A stretch of 64,000 nt of DNA from Clostridia bacterium (GTDB lineage: Bacteria; Bacillota; Clostridia; Christensenellales; UBA1242): positions 135,532-199,531 of the forward strand of contig JAZUAE010000012.1 in NCBI GenBank assembly GCA_045637805.1, written 5' to 3'. A program made the position numbers and the translations under genes. Shown one piece after another: positions 20,520-31,338 of this stretch (position 1 is the stretch's first letter; each line of letters opens with the position of its first letter). A model generated the notes under the pieces. The model was not told the DNA's origin. It ran no database searches and saw nothing but the letters and a program-made list of their open reading frames with translations.

Positions 20520-21158
20520 TTAATAAATTGAGTTTACGAGTTCGTCCTCGTTTGTCTTACTTGTGTTTTTTTGTTTATCAGACTCTTTTATGATTTTTAC
20601 GAACTTTATGCTGTCGTCCGCGTTCGCTCTAAAAATAATAGGTACAAATCCGTTTTTTAAATAAAAACATTCATTTGCGTCCACTTCTTGCTCTGGGTTG
20701 ATTTTGTTTTTTCTAAATCGTGCGATTGCGTTAAGTCTAAATGTATCAAATCCACGCTCCGCTGCTAATGATTGTAAGAACTTTACCATCTCTGATCCGA
20801 TTCCTCGATCCCTTAGGTTTTCTTCAACAAATAAGGTTGCAAGATAAAAAGTGTCAGGCTTGTTGTCTCGATATATTTCATCAACTGAAGCTCTTGCAAT
20901 TTTTACATACTCATAATCACCAAGAGGGTTTTTGAATAATGTATATCCGGTGTAAACGGATAAATATTCGTTTATGGTAGACCTTTCGCGTTCTTCAATA
21001 AGGATAAAAAATTCGCCATTTTTTGTTTTTAGAATTGAACCTAATAAACCATTGTTTAAAAATGACATTATCATGCTAGAATCAGCGATTTGGTCGTCAT
21101 TATTAACGAATTTGATGTTATTTTGCGACATTTTCAAATATTTCTCCATGCTTTTCAA
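20520..21158 (-). CDS. GNAT family N-acetyltransferase
   Basis: RDRGIGSEMVKFLQSLAAERGF matches GNAT motif A. The start is ambiguous: TTG 21158, ATG 21149 or ATG 21131, all overlapping the upstream gene end. Confidence 0.75.
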   Translation of the reverse strand: MKSMEKYLKMSQNNIKFVNNDDQIADSSMIMSFLNNGLLGSILKTKNGEFFILIEERERSTINEYLSVYTGYTLFKNPLGDYEYVKIARASVDEIYRDNKPDTFYLATLFVEENLRDRGIGSEMVKFLQSLAAERGFDTFRLNAIARFRKNKINPEQEVDANECFYLKNGFVPIIFRANADDSIKFVKIIKESDKQKNTSKTNEDELVNSIY

Positions 21159-21843
21159 GTTTGTTTATTAAAAAGGCACTTATTTGTCTAGATTCGTTTT
21201 CTATTCTAAGTGCTCTAGGTTTTTCCTCGCCGTTATATTTGATTGCGATAGGTTGAGTGGCGTTGCGAGCATAAACTCTGAGGTTGGTGGCGTTTGATTT
21301 AGTTTGTTTGTATGTACCAACGTCTCTAAATCCGCAGCTTTTGAAGAATTGTTCTGTGCGGTCACCAAGGCTTTGGCTTTCAGTAACTTTATTGTTTATA
21401 TTTTTAAATGAAATAATAGGGTCTGCAGGAGCGTAGGCAATGAGGTACTTAAATCCCTGTTTTGCAGCAAGCTCAACGGCAACAGCGGCCATACGTGAGG
21501 CGTAGTGGTTGCCACGATACAAATAATCTAATTCAAGATTCAATATATTTAAAGCGTCCTTGTCTGAACTAACTGAACGCAAGTTCATTTTTCCAAGATC
21601 TTTTACAAAGTATCCGTCAGTTGCTGACTTTCTAATTGTGCGCACTGAAATTGTAGCAAAGTAGCCACGTTTCTCGTGTGTTTCACTGACTGTAAGCAAT
21701 GCGATTTCTTTATTCTTATTGAAAAACACATACGATGCTGTGTTTGTTTCATTATTAATATTTGTCAAAGGTTTTTCCTTGATTGTTTTAAGTAATAATT
21801 TGTATGCGCCTAATGTGTTGTATTCTGTATTTGCAATTTTCAT
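21118..21843 (-). CDS. GNAT-like acetyltransferase
   Basis: AAGGAG RBS. YRGNHYASRMAAVAVELAAKQGFKYLIAYA resembles the GNAT acetyl-CoA binding core, though more weakly than the neighbouring gene. Confidence 0.55.
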   Translation of the reverse strand: MKIANTEYNTLGAYKLLLKTIKEKPLTNINNETNTASYVFFNKNKEIALLTVSETHEKRGYFATISVRTIRKSATDGYFVKDLGKMNLRSVSSDKDALNILNLELDYLYRGNHYASRMAAVAVELAAKQGFKYLIAYAPADPIISFKNINNKVTESQSLGDRTEQFFKSCGFRDVGTYKQTKSNATNLRVYARNATQPIAIKYNGEEKPRALRIENESRQISAFLINKLEKHGEIFENVAK

Positions 21844-21985
21844 AACTAGTACTCCTTGTTTTGTAAGGTAGCATGGATTATAACATGCAAAATCTAATAT
21901 TTCAAGGGGGTTTTTGAAAAAAAATTCGACAAAATTTTTATGGTTATAAGGGTATAAAATTATTTAGTTATGTAATAATTAAAAT

Positions 21986-22495
21986 ATGAAAACGTGGTTG
22001 TGGTTGGTGTGTATATTTTCGGTTATAGGACTATGTGTGTTTTTCACTATTTACTTTAATGCAACAAGTGTGAAATATGAAAAAGAGTTTCAGGTGTATG
22101 CTGAAAAATTTAAAATAGACAAGGCACTTGTGATGGCTGTTGCAAAAACTGAGAGTGGGTTTGATAAAGATGCAAAAAGTAAAGCGGGAGCGATAGGTGT
22201 TATGCAGCTTATGCCAGCAACGGCCCAGTGGGTTGCAGAATCCATTGGAGAGGAATATAAAGAGGAAAGTTTGTGCGATGCTGAAACAAGTATTAAGTAC
22301 GGAAGTTTTTATTTATCCTATCTTATAAATAAGTATGAAGATTTGATTTATTCACTTGCGTGTTATAATGCGGGCGAGGGCACTGTTTCTAGTTGGGGAG
22401 TTCCTGGTGAAATGATGGTTGCAGATATTTTATATACTGAAACACAAAATTTTGTTAAAAAGGTGCTTAAAAATTACGAAATGTTTAAAAAGTAA
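21986..22495 (+). CDS. Lytic transglycosylase (SLT domain), membrane-anchored
   Basis: N-terminal TM segment. AVAKTESGFDKDAKSKAGAIGVMQLMP matches the catalytic ES plus AGAxGxMQ motif, and YNAG follows downstream. Confidence 0.85.
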   Translation: MKTWLWLVCIFSVIGLCVFFTIYFNATSVKYEKEFQVYAEKFKIDKALVMAVAKTESGFDKDAKSKAGAIGVMQLMPATAQWVAESIGEEYKEESLCDAETSIKYGSFYLSYLINKYEDLIYSLACYNAGEGTVSSWGVPGEMMVADILYTETQNFVKKVLKNYEMFKK

Positions 22496-22767
22496 AATTT
22501 GCATAAAAATAACTAAAAATTGCAATTTTGATAGTGTTTTTCACTTTTAAAACGTAAATTTTGCGTTTTTTATAAAAACATATACTGTTTATTTTTGAGC
22601 CATGCTTTAGTAAAAGATGGTGTTTAATAGTGTAATTTCGAAGAGTTGTGGGCGAAAAAAATTATGTTATGAAAATATAAAATGTTTAAAAATGTCATTT
22701 TTATCCTTGCCAACAAGTTTGCGTTATGTTATACTCTTTATTATACAAATAATAAAGGGCGATAGCT

Positions 22768-23757
22768 TTGGATACACAAAAGATAAAAAATCAAGACAGG
22801 GAAAATACAATCCTTGGTCGTGGAATTGCAGGCAAAGAAACTCAAATTGAGAGTGATAACACTCTCACTTTTTCTGATTCCAAAAAAGAAAAAAAGCCTT
22901 TTGTTTTAAAAAGGTTTTTAGTCAATATTATTGTTGTTATTGCTCTTGCTGTTTTCTCTGGTGTGCAAGTGGGTTTGTTTTATCTTGACACCTTTGTAAA
23001 GTCTTATGCACCTCCATCTGTTGCTGAGGAGTCTATTCGTGATGATACACTTGCCATATATTCTTCCAGTGTGGGCAAGTCTCCTGATGAGCTATCTGCA
23101 ATCAATGCTGTGATTGTGGCTGATTATCTTTTGACAAAATCAACCTCTGTTCAAAAAACTGTTTATGGTAAAGTTGTGGCGATGGGTGTAACTCAGGAAA
23201 TGTCTGCAGTGAAAAAGAGAGTTGGGGATAGGATTTATTCTGAAAAACTTTCTACCGGAATTTTAAGTGTTGGTAACGCTCATTATCATACACTTGGCAG
23301 CAATCTTTTTGAGTTTTATCAAGGCTCTAATGTTACAATTAATAGCGCTACTTGGCCAAGCAGTCCAAACTATACTTGGAGCTATGACGAATATATTTCT
23401 CATTTCAAGAGCAAGCCGGAATATTTCATCAATTACATCATTAGTAGCAAGACTGTTCAGGCAGCATCTATGACAAAAACTAGTGATGGAAACTTCAAAG
23501 TTTCCCTTGACCTTGACGCTGTTTATAGTGTTATAAATTATGTTTATGAAATTCGTGAAACATCGGGATCGTCTAAGTTTCCAAACTTTAAATCAGTACA
23601 TTTGGATATTGTGATGGACTCTGCATATCGCATTCTTACAATAGACATAAACGAACTTTATGATGTTGCTGTTGCTCAGCTCGGTGGTGGTTATGTTGAA
23701 ACCCGCGCTATAATGCAAGAGAAATTTTCATACGAGGGGGTAGTGATAGATGGCTAA
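22768..23757 (+). CDS. Membrane-anchored protein (329 aa), translationally coupled to the 2295-aa protein
   Basis: TTG start behind AAAGGG. One TM (FLVNIIVVIALAVFSGVQVGLFYL). The stop overlaps the next start (ATGGCTAA, 8-nt overlap). Candidate TTGCCA-17-TATACT promoter near 22709. Confidence 0.7.
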   Translation: MDTQKIKNQDRENTILGRGIAGKETQIESDNTLTFSDSKKEKKPFVLKRFLVNIIVVIALAVFSGVQVGLFYLDTFVKSYAPPSVAEESIRDDTLAIYSSSVGKSPDELSAINAVIVADYLLTKSTSVQKTVYGKVVAMGVTQEMSAVKKRVGDRIYSEKLSTGILSVGNAHYHTLGSNLFEFYQGSNVTINSATWPSSPNYTWSYDEYISHFKSKPEYFINYIISSKTVQAASMTKTSDGNFKVSLDLDAVYSVINYVYEIRETSGSSKFPNFKSVHLDIVMDSAYRILTIDINELYDVAVAQLGGGYVETRAIMQEKFSYEGVVIDG

Positions 23758-26700
23758 GAAACGAAAAAAGCTATTTAGCAAGACCGCTCTTGTTTATGTG
23801 CTCACATTTTTTGTTGTTACATTTTGTACAGCGTTTTTAACTGTGACTGTTAATTATGACAATTATCTTTTAAACAATTCGTCTAATCTTATGGCAAATA
23901 CTGGCAATGCAGGATCGTCTGCGTTGTCTACAACCATTTCTAACCTTATGAGCATTACTGGTGGAAATGTGAATGTGTCGATGTCTGCCGAAAGTGAAGA
24001 GGGTGAAAGTTTAGACATTGACGCTAACATTAAGCTCAAAATGCAGGGTGGACTTGATGGGTTTGAATGCAGCATTGATCTTGTACTCTATTTTAATGAT
24101 GAGCCTTTTGTTTTAAGGGTGGCTTGCATTAAAGGAATGGTATATATATCCGTAAATGATTCACACTTAAAGTTTAAGGCTGACAAATTTACGGACACTA
24201 TAGTTGGAATACTTGGCGTTGTTGGAATGGGCGCGGACGGTGCTGCTAGTATCGCATCTATGTTTGATATGAACTCTCTTATGAGTATTGCGTCATCTAT
24301 TCGCGAAGTTGCAATGGATAACGGTACAAGCCTCAAGGTTGAGGACGCAAACATGAACGTTTCAATGAATGTCGACGATAATTATATGTTGCAATCGGTT
24401 GATATATCTAGCATTGCCGTTGGTGGTTACACCGCATCAGGTGCAGTTACTATGAGTGACATTAACTCATCTAACATTGTGATCGAAACCCCATTAGATG
24501 ATACCGATTATGAAGACATTTCAGTGCCTATCAGGCTGTTTAGTGCGATTGCAAGTCTTTCAAACATGGACTTTGTTGCTGATGCTAGGGTAGACGCTTT
24601 AGGTGCAACTATTGATAGCAAGATTATTTATGATAAAAATCGCAACATCGGTAAGGTGAGCGTTGGCGCTGGTGCACTCGATTTTGATATTTATTTTAAT
24701 AATGGATCATTCTATCTAAACTCTAACAATGCGAAAATAAAAGCTGAAGATTTATCTGCTACAAGCTTTATTGCTGGACTCGGTGTTCTTTCAAATGAGG
24801 TGGGTAGCTACAGCGAAAGTGGAACAGCGTTCGACGCTTCGACTTTAACCAAACTTGATTTATCTAAGATTTTTAATCACTTCACGCTTGATGGTGACAA
24901 GATAAAGGTTTCTATGCTGCCGCAAGATATTTATTTTACACTAGACAGCAGTGACAAAATAACCAACATTTCGACAAATGGCGACATTTCTTGCAATATT
25001 GATTTCTCTTACACTGATCAATCAATTTACTTTGATGATTTTGGATATGTTCCGATTCAGGAAATGAACTGGGTGCTTAAACCTATTATGAATTTCTTGC
25101 AGGCAAGGCAGTTTAGTGCAACCATTGAATTTGACTATGGCGAGCTTTCAGGTGAGCTTATGATACGTGTTGACCTTGCAGATAGAAGAGCAATTCAGAT
25201 AAATACTGAGCTCTTTGGTAAGAAAATCGAAGTTATTGTTGAGGAGGATTATATACTCCTTCGAATTGATAAAGAGTCTACTAAAATAAGAAGTCAAGAT
25301 TCATTACTACTCGCACTTGCTATATTTGATAAATTCTCTGGCGAGATTGAAATTGATACTGCCATTAATATCCAAAATGTTTTGGATAACGCGATGCAAC
25401 TTGTTTTTGCCGATAAAAATGCACTCTTAATGCAGGGTAAAAATTCACGTCTTCAATATTCAGCTGATGGAACGATCTTGTTTGAAGGAGTTATCCTTGA
25501 CAAAAACCTTAGACTATTTATAGATATTGATAAAACCCCACGCAAAATCCGCGATTATGCGTTGAATCTTTATAGCGATTTTGTGTTTACGTCTGAGCTT
25601 GCACAAAACACTATCAACTATATCAATGGTAAGGTTTATAACTTTAGCATTTCGGGCGAGTATGATGGTAACAAGGTAGATGCTAAAATATTTGCAGACT
25701 TAAACGATTCAAGGTACGTTCTGGATATATCTTTTAATAATGAAAGTGTCAACATTGTTTGTCAAGACGACGTGTATTATGTTCAGTATCGTCAGTTTAA
25801 GTTCTATGGCAACCTAGAAAGCGCAATGGGATTACTTTGCAGCGCAATATCTGCATCTTCTGCTGATAAAAAGCTCGCGTCATCTATTGAAAGCATAGTG
25901 GCTGAGTTTGCTGCAAATATGCAAGATGTCGATATAATTGACGTTATAACAGGTATCAAAATAGGTGAGATTAATATAGCTGATAACAGCTTTGAAATCT
26001 CAATGGAAAAACTTGCTGGGCTTGAAAAAGTACTCGATATCCAAAATATTAAATTCAAACTTGTAACAGAGCAACACAATATAAAAACTGTTGGTGTGGA
26101 TTGTAAGGACACCAAACTTCAAATAGGCATTTCTAAGAAAATTGAGCCAAGGCTCACTGAAACTGAAATGGCAGCATACACAATCAGTTTAGACGACTTG
26201 TACGCTCTTGCAATTAATACTTATGATTATGTTCAAGGCGGTGCGTATATATTTGATATCTTCGCAGAGTATAACCAGTACTCAGTTGAGGGTAAACTTA
26301 GTGTTATAAATAGCGCTCTATTAGCCGACATTGCAATTAACATTCAAGGCGAAGAGGTGTTTGTAAAAATACTTGAAGGTAATATGTATATTAACTATGC
26401 AAACCTTGCATTTATAGCAGACCTTAATGATTTAGGTTTACTCATGAGTATTGCAAACAAGCTTGGTATTAACATAACTGAGAAAGATTTAGTTGGATTA
26501 ATGGGTCAACTTTTAGGCGCTTCTAAGTTAAAGTTTGGTGAAAACTCATTTGCTGAATTACTTAGTAAAATAAGCATAGACAAAATCGTGTTTAATAGAA
26601 ATGAAAGCAAATACAATGTAGGTTATGGCTACTATTTATTTACAGTTAATGCAGTTGACAACAAACTCAGCGGTGTTTCAACAAATATGCTTGGAACTGC

Positions 26701-29700
26701 TGTACAAATAACGCTTAGTGATGCATTTGACGTAACCCCTGTTGGTGACTATGTTGCTGTTAGTGACATCTTAAAAATTCTTTCAAATGAAATTGACTAC
26801 GCTAAAGGTGACATGGCGTTTAATATTGATTTTGAACTTAATGGCAAGCCTATAAACGGTAAGATTTACGTTTCAGGCGGAGTAGCTTCGGCTGTTATCC
26901 AAACTAAAGTTATGGGTCAAAAGTTTGAAGTTAAACTTATAGGTGATACACTTTACTTTGATATTAATGGTCTCAAGATTAGAGGCAATGCTTCCGATTA
27001 TGATAAGCTGTCATATATTGTCAATAAGTACACGGGCATTAATCTTCCAAGCATTACATCATTTAATATTAACGAAATCTACGAATTCTACAATGAGCTT
27101 ACTTTATTCGCTGAAAATAATCTTGGATTAAAATTGCCAGAAATTGATAAGTCTAATGTTGAAGAAAATATCGATCCATTAATGCTTCTTGGCGCATTGA
27201 AAAACTTAATAATTTCAAACACTGATGAAGGATACGGAATAAGTCTTGGCGGTCAAACTGTTTATGTAGAAACTGATAATGATAAGTTTGTAGGCTTATT
27301 TACAAATATTGCTGGCACAAACGTTAGCGCTTATAAAGATGATTTTGTAAAACTTACAGTTAACAAAGATTCGTTCATGATTGCGTCAGATGTAATTAAT
27401 GTTGTAGATAAGACAGTTAATACGCTTTCAACTAAGTGCATGACTGGGGAGATAGATTTATACTTCTACTTTGAGGGTATACAGCACAAGGTTGAAATTG
27501 ATTACAACATCAACTTTGAGAACTTGAATGATATTAGGGCAAAGATTAATGCTAAATTCAAGGGCGTTGATGCTGAAATTATTTATATAGATAAAATACT
27601 TTACATTAATGCTGCAGGACTTAAGTTCTATGCAAACATTGATGATTATAAGGATATCCTAGACTTTGTTCGCACAAGGTTTGGTGTTGAAACAGGTATT
27701 GAGGATATGCTTGATGAAATTACTCAAAACTTTAAAAACTTCGAATTTATTGAAGGTTGGATCTTTGACGATAAAGCTTCTGAGTTTAGTTTGAAGGGTG
27801 GACTTAAAATAGGACTAAACTACAGTGTTGATAAGATTTCATCAGTTGACTTTGCTCAAGGTTTAACGAGTGCACACATTACTCTTACACCTCCAGAGGA
27901 AATGGTTACTATTTCGGAGGTTACAGGTAATTATATTCATTATTCTGAAATCTTTGACTTAATCGATACAGTGATTTCAATGGGTGATGAAGAAGGCTTT
28001 AGTGTTAACGCGAATGCTACAGTATTCGAGGGTGAAAATGTAAAATTTGACATAGGTATTGACCTTGATTTAACAATCAAGAATATGTTAGGTTTCTATG
28101 GCAACGCAAAAGTTAAAGACGGAAATGATAAATTGTTATATGATGTTGAGGTTGCTCTTGAAAATCAAACAATTTATGTAGACTTTGACGGCCTCAGACT
28201 TGCAATGCATCAAAATAGCTTGCGTGAAATTTTTGTAATCGGGCTTTCAGTGCTTGGCATTGATGCCACAAGTATACCTTGGCTCAACGCTGTAGACGAA
28301 GAGTTTAAGGTGGTTCCAGAAAACTTGAAGAATATTATACCTGTATTAAAACTGGATACGCTTGGTATGATTTCAATAATTCAGTCTATGAGCTTTGAAA
28401 ATGAGATATTTGAAATTACACTCAAAGGTGAATTAATTTCAGAGCAGTCTACAAGACCTATGACTATTTCAATCGATTTCACTGGTGGTCAAATTAACTC
28501 TATTAATCTAGTTGATATTTATACTGGTGTAACTGATAGCGAATATTTTAATCTTTACCTTGAATTTGAAGAATTTGATTCAGTTCCTGTTATTGATAAG
28601 GTTGATGAAAATGGTAGAAAGTTTAACGATATCTCTGATTCAAGCGACTTGTTTAAGGCACTAATCAATACAACCGAACTCAATGATTACACAATTAATG
28701 GTACAGTTACATTCAACGCTGTTGATTTAATAAACATGAATATATTTGTTGAAGCGACAGTTAAGAAAATTGCAGATAGTTTCTACGCTGAAATTAATCT
28801 TTCAAACATTCCCGTTATTTCTTTATTAAACGGTACATTAGGAAAGACTATTAAAGATAGACGATTTAGTATTTATATGTACGACAACATTGTTTATTTA
28901 CATAGAACTGAGTATGAATATATTGACCATTGGTTCAGCGAAGACGAGTATATATTAATAGAAAAGAAACTCGCTATAACCATGGAGCAGTTCATGGGTG
29001 ATATGCTCGATTATATTATGTGCTTTGGTTTAGGATTTAAAGAAGATGGCAAGATAATGGAAGCAATTTATGCTTCAATAAAACAGCGTCCAGCAAACGA
29101 CCCTATTGACTTGGGTAACGTACTTGAACATTATGAGAAAGATGTGAATGGATTGCATTACTTGATTTTAAACATGAAAGAGATTGCATACAACAACGAC
29201 TTAAAAACTTTATCTGCTTGGATAGGTACAGTTAACTCGGCTGATACAGGGAATAAAGATTATGTTGGATTATTAAAGTTTGCTCTTGATATGCAGGTTA
29301 TGGGATTTGCCAACCTTAAGCTTTCGTCAAATGACTTACAGCTTATTAATATAGGAAAAGATGCAGATGTAAGCTATGCCGTTGATTATATCAATTCATA
29401 CAAATATAAGCTTGGTGAATGTTATGTAATATCTAATGGCAAAGAAACTTTGGAGTCTAACCTTACATACTTTGCATACTTCTATAACGGCACAGAGATT
29501 GTAAGAACTCAGGAGCTCAATACTGGCGAGGCATTAGATTTATCTGGTGTAAACAAGCCTGACGCTTATATAGGCGAAGTTAAGTACGCTTATACATTCA
29601 ATGGTTGGTACACAGACGCTGAATGCACTAAACTCTATACACAAACAACAATGCCTACCGGTGGAATAGCTCTTTATGCAGGCTTTACGCCAACAGCTTA

Positions 29701-30637
29701 TAGGTATGTGTACTTTGATGAGCAGGGTGGTGGATATGTTGATTATATTTGCACCCTTGCAGGAAACACTGTTCAAATCCCAACTCTTGCAAATAAGTTT
29801 GAAACAATAGGTGCTTACACTTATGAATATAAGCATGTCGGTTGGGTATTTGAAGGTGAAACTTACATTGACAGCTTTATACTCCCAGACAAAGACGTAA
29901 TACTTGTAGCCGAGTGGGAGTATGTGGGTCAGACTGCTGCAACTGCGCTCCTAACCATTGTGTTTGGTGACGGAAGCAAAGTGGAAGACAGAATTGAAGT
30001 GGGAACTACAATCAACTTTAGTCAATATGATGGCGTAGTATCTACGACAAAATTCTATAAAGATAACGCATTTACAACTTTAAACGATGTCACAGTAATG
30101 CCTTTTGAAAATATTGTACTATACGCTGCAAACGTTTATACTATTACGTTTAGTACTGGAACAAATCAAAAGGTAATTGAAAAAGAAGCCTATGAGGGTG
30201 AAAATGTATATCTTGAAACAAATGTCACAAGAGCGTACTACGATGATGGCTCTGTTAGAATAGATTATACATTCCTTGGTTGGTACTTTGCTGATGATGC
30301 TGACACGCTCTATAATGGATCGATAAAAATGCCAAACGGCGGCGGTCAATTGATTGCCAAGTGGAGAGAAACAACTAGAAATTATGTTACTATATCTTTC
30401 AAAGTTGATACAATCAGATCAATATACACCTGGCACTACTCAGCTGCGCCAACATCTATAAAATGGCTTGAGGGTGAGTATTTTGAAATAACTGTTCCGC
30501 AACCTACTGCTTATAGAAATAAACTATTTGGTGGTACCCAAAATGCAACATTCAAAGGCTGGAAGTATAACGGCTCAGTTGTTCCTGGATTCTATGTAAA
30601 TGGTAATACAACTCTAGAAGCTTCATGGAGTACTTAA
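23750..30637 (+). CDS. Giant surface protein (2295 aa): N-terminal TM anchor, ~9 repeats of a ~190-aa module, C-terminal Listeria-Bacteroides (InlB B-repeat type) repeats
   Basis: GAGGGGG RBS. TM segment ALVYVLTFFVVTFCTAFLTVTV. Recurrent module ending in ...LY(I/V/F)..(N/D)G.K.....(D/E)...L. C-terminal Y.V.FD..GG...F.GW....L.A.W units (e.g. YTFNGWYTD, TFLGWYFAD, TFKGWKYNG). Confidence 0.85.
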   Translation: MAKKRKKLFSKTALVYVLTFFVVTFCTAFLTVTVNYDNYLLNNSSNLMANTGNAGSSALSTTISNLMSITGGNVNVSMSAESEEGESLDIDANIKLKMQGGLDGFECSIDLVLYFNDEPFVLRVACIKGMVYISVNDSHLKFKADKFTDTIVGILGVVGMGADGAASIASMFDMNSLMSIASSIREVAMDNGTSLKVEDANMNVSMNVDDNYMLQSVDISSIAVGGYTASGAVTMSDINSSNIVIETPLDDTDYEDISVPIRLFSAIASLSNMDFVADARVDALGATIDSKIIYDKNRNIGKVSVGAGALDFDIYFNNGSFYLNSNNAKIKAEDLSATSFIAGLGVLSNEVGSYSESGTAFDASTLTKLDLSKIFNHFTLDGDKIKVSMLPQDIYFTLDSSDKITNISTNGDISCNIDFSYTDQSIYFDDFGYVPIQEMNWVLKPIMNFLQARQFSATIEFDYGELSGELMIRVDLADRRAIQINTELFGKKIEVIVEEDYILLRIDKESTKIRSQDSLLLALAIFDKFSGEIEIDTAINIQNVLDNAMQLVFADKNALLMQGKNSRLQYSADGTILFEGVILDKNLRLFIDIDKTPRKIRDYALNLYSDFVFTSELAQNTINYINGKVYNFSISGEYDGNKVDAKIFADLNDSRYVLDISFNNESVNIVCQDDVYYVQYRQFKFYGNLESAMGLLCSAISASSADKKLASSIESIVAEFAANMQDVDIIDVITGIKIGEINIADNSFEISMEKLAGLEKVLDIQNIKFKLVTEQHNIKTVGVDCKDTKLQIGISKKIEPRLTETEMAAYTISLDDLYALAINTYDYVQGGAYIFDIFAEYNQYSVEGKLSVINSALLADIAINIQGEEVFVKILEGNMYINYANLAFIADLNDLGLLMSIANKLGINITEKDLVGLMGQLLGASKLKFGENSFAELLSKISIDKIVFNRNESKYNVGYGYYLFTVNAVDNKLSGVSTNMLGTAVQITLSDAFDVTPVGDYVAVSDILKILSNEIDYAKGDMAFNIDFELNGKPINGKIYVSGGVASAVIQTKVMGQKFEVKLIGDTLYFDINGLKIRGNASDYDKLSYIVNKYTGINLPSITSFNINEIYEFYNELTLFAENNLGLKLPEIDKSNVEENIDPLMLLGALKNLIISNTDEGYGISLGGQTVYVETDNDKFVGLFTNIAGTNVSAYKDDFVKLTVNKDSFMIASDVINVVDKTVNTLSTKCMTGEIDLYFYFEGIQHKVEIDYNINFENLNDIRAKINAKFKGVDAEIIYIDKILYINAAGLKFYANIDDYKDILDFVRTRFGVETGIEDMLDEITQNFKNFEFIEGWIFDDKASEFSLKGGLKIGLNYSVDKISSVDFAQGLTSAHITLTPPEEMVTISEVTGNYIHYSEIFDLIDTVISMGDEEGFSVNANATVFEGENVKFDIGIDLDLTIKNMLGFYGNAKVKDGNDKLLYDVEVALENQTIYVDFDGLRLAMHQNSLREIFVIGLSVLGIDATSIPWLNAVDEEFKVVPENLKNIIPVLKLDTLGMISIIQSMSFENEIFEITLKGELISEQSTRPMTISIDFTGGQINSINLVDIYTGVTDSEYFNLYLEFEEFDSVPVIDKVDENGRKFNDISDSSDLFKALINTTELNDYTINGTVTFNAVDLINMNIFVEATVKKIADSFYAEINLSNIPVISLLNGTLGKTIKDRRFSIYMYDNIVYLHRTEYEYIDHWFSEDEYILIEKKLAITMEQFMGDMLDYIMCFGLGFKEDGKIMEAIYASIKQRPANDPIDLGNVLEHYEKDVNGLHYLILNMKEIAYNNDLKTLSAWIGTVNSADTGNKDYVGLLKFALDMQVMGFANLKLSSNDLQLINIGKDADVSYAVDYINSYKYKLGECYVISNGKETLESNLTYFAYFYNGTEIVRTQELNTGEALDLSGVNKPDAYIGEVKYAYTFNGWYTDAECTKLYTQTTMPTGGIALYAGFTPTAYRYVYFDEQGGGYVDYICTLAGNTVQIPTLANKFETIGAYTYEYKHVGWVFEGETYIDSFILPDKDVILVAEWEYVGQTAATALLTIVFGDGSKVEDRIEVGTTINFSQYDGVVSTTKFYKDNAFTTLNDVTVMPFENIVLYAANVYTITFSTGTNQKVIEKEAYEGENVYLETNVTRAYYDDGSVRIDYTFLGWYFADDADTLYNGSIKMPNGGGQLIAKWRETTRNYVTISFKVDTIRSIYTWHYSAAPTSIKWLEGEYFEITVPQPTAYRNKLFGGTQNATFKGWKYNGSVVPGFYVNGNTTLEASWST

Positions 30638-30668
30638 TAAAAAAGTTGGAAAAATCCAACTTTTTTAT
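30638..30668 (+). terminator. Rho-independent terminator
   Basis: AGTTGGA-AAAA-TCCAACT hairpin followed by T6. Confidence 0.8.
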
Positions 30669-30722
30669 TTTGTTTTTTTGTTTTATTTGCTTGCCTTATT
30701 AAATAAGTGATATAATTAATTT

Positions 30723-31250
30723 ATGACAATAGGATATATTATTTCTCAAATCATTGTTTTGTTTGCAATTTTGTGTTGCGTTCTTTCATATTTTACAAAA
30801 AATAGAACGCTTATACTCGTGCTTAGAATTATTACTGCGTTATCTTATACTACAAGTTATATATTGCTTAACGCTATAGCAGGCGCTATAACAAATATAG
30901 TTGCAATATCACTTGCAGTTGTTTTATTCTTTTACACTAAAAAGGATAAAGATTGTCCGCTTTGGTTGTTGTTAGTCTTTGAGTGTATGATTGTAACGAG
31001 TTGTGTCATCTTTTGGGACGGGTATGCTACTATTTTTGTGCTCGCAGCACACATAGTAGATATGTATTCGGTTTGGCAAAAAGATGTTAAAATTTATAGG
31101 TGGCTTAGTTTGCCAGTTAGTGTGTTTTTTGGCGTGTATAGTGTGCTTTATGCGTCATACGTGGCGGCTATTTTTGAAGTCGTTGTTCTTATGTTTAAAA
31201 TACTAAGTATTGTTGATTACTATAAATTCAAGAAAAAACAACAAAATTAA
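30723..31250 (+). CDS. Polytopic inner-membrane protein (possibly YgjV-like)
   Basis: 175 aa with about five hydrophobic helices. The family call is only from overall resemblance. Confidence 0.6.
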   Translation: MTIGYIISQIIVLFAILCCVLSYFTKNRTLILVLRIITALSYTTSYILLNAIAGAITNIVAISLAVVLFFYTKKDKDCPLWLLLVFECMIVTSCVIFWDGYATIFVLAAHIVDMYSVWQKDVKIYRWLSLPVSVFFGVYSVLYASYVAAIFEVVVLMFKILSIVDYYKFKKKQQN

Positions 31251-31338
31251 GCACGAAAAAGCACTTAATTTGTCGAAGATATTGTAAAAGTTGGCTTATT
31301 ATGTTATAAATGGTTTATAAACAAAAGGAGAATTATTT

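Noticed and set aside
22617-22850. 77-aa ORF upstream of and overlapping the 329-aa gene
   Set aside because: It spans the likely TTGCCA-17-TATACT promoter and the TTG start region. It has no RBS and an implausible composition.
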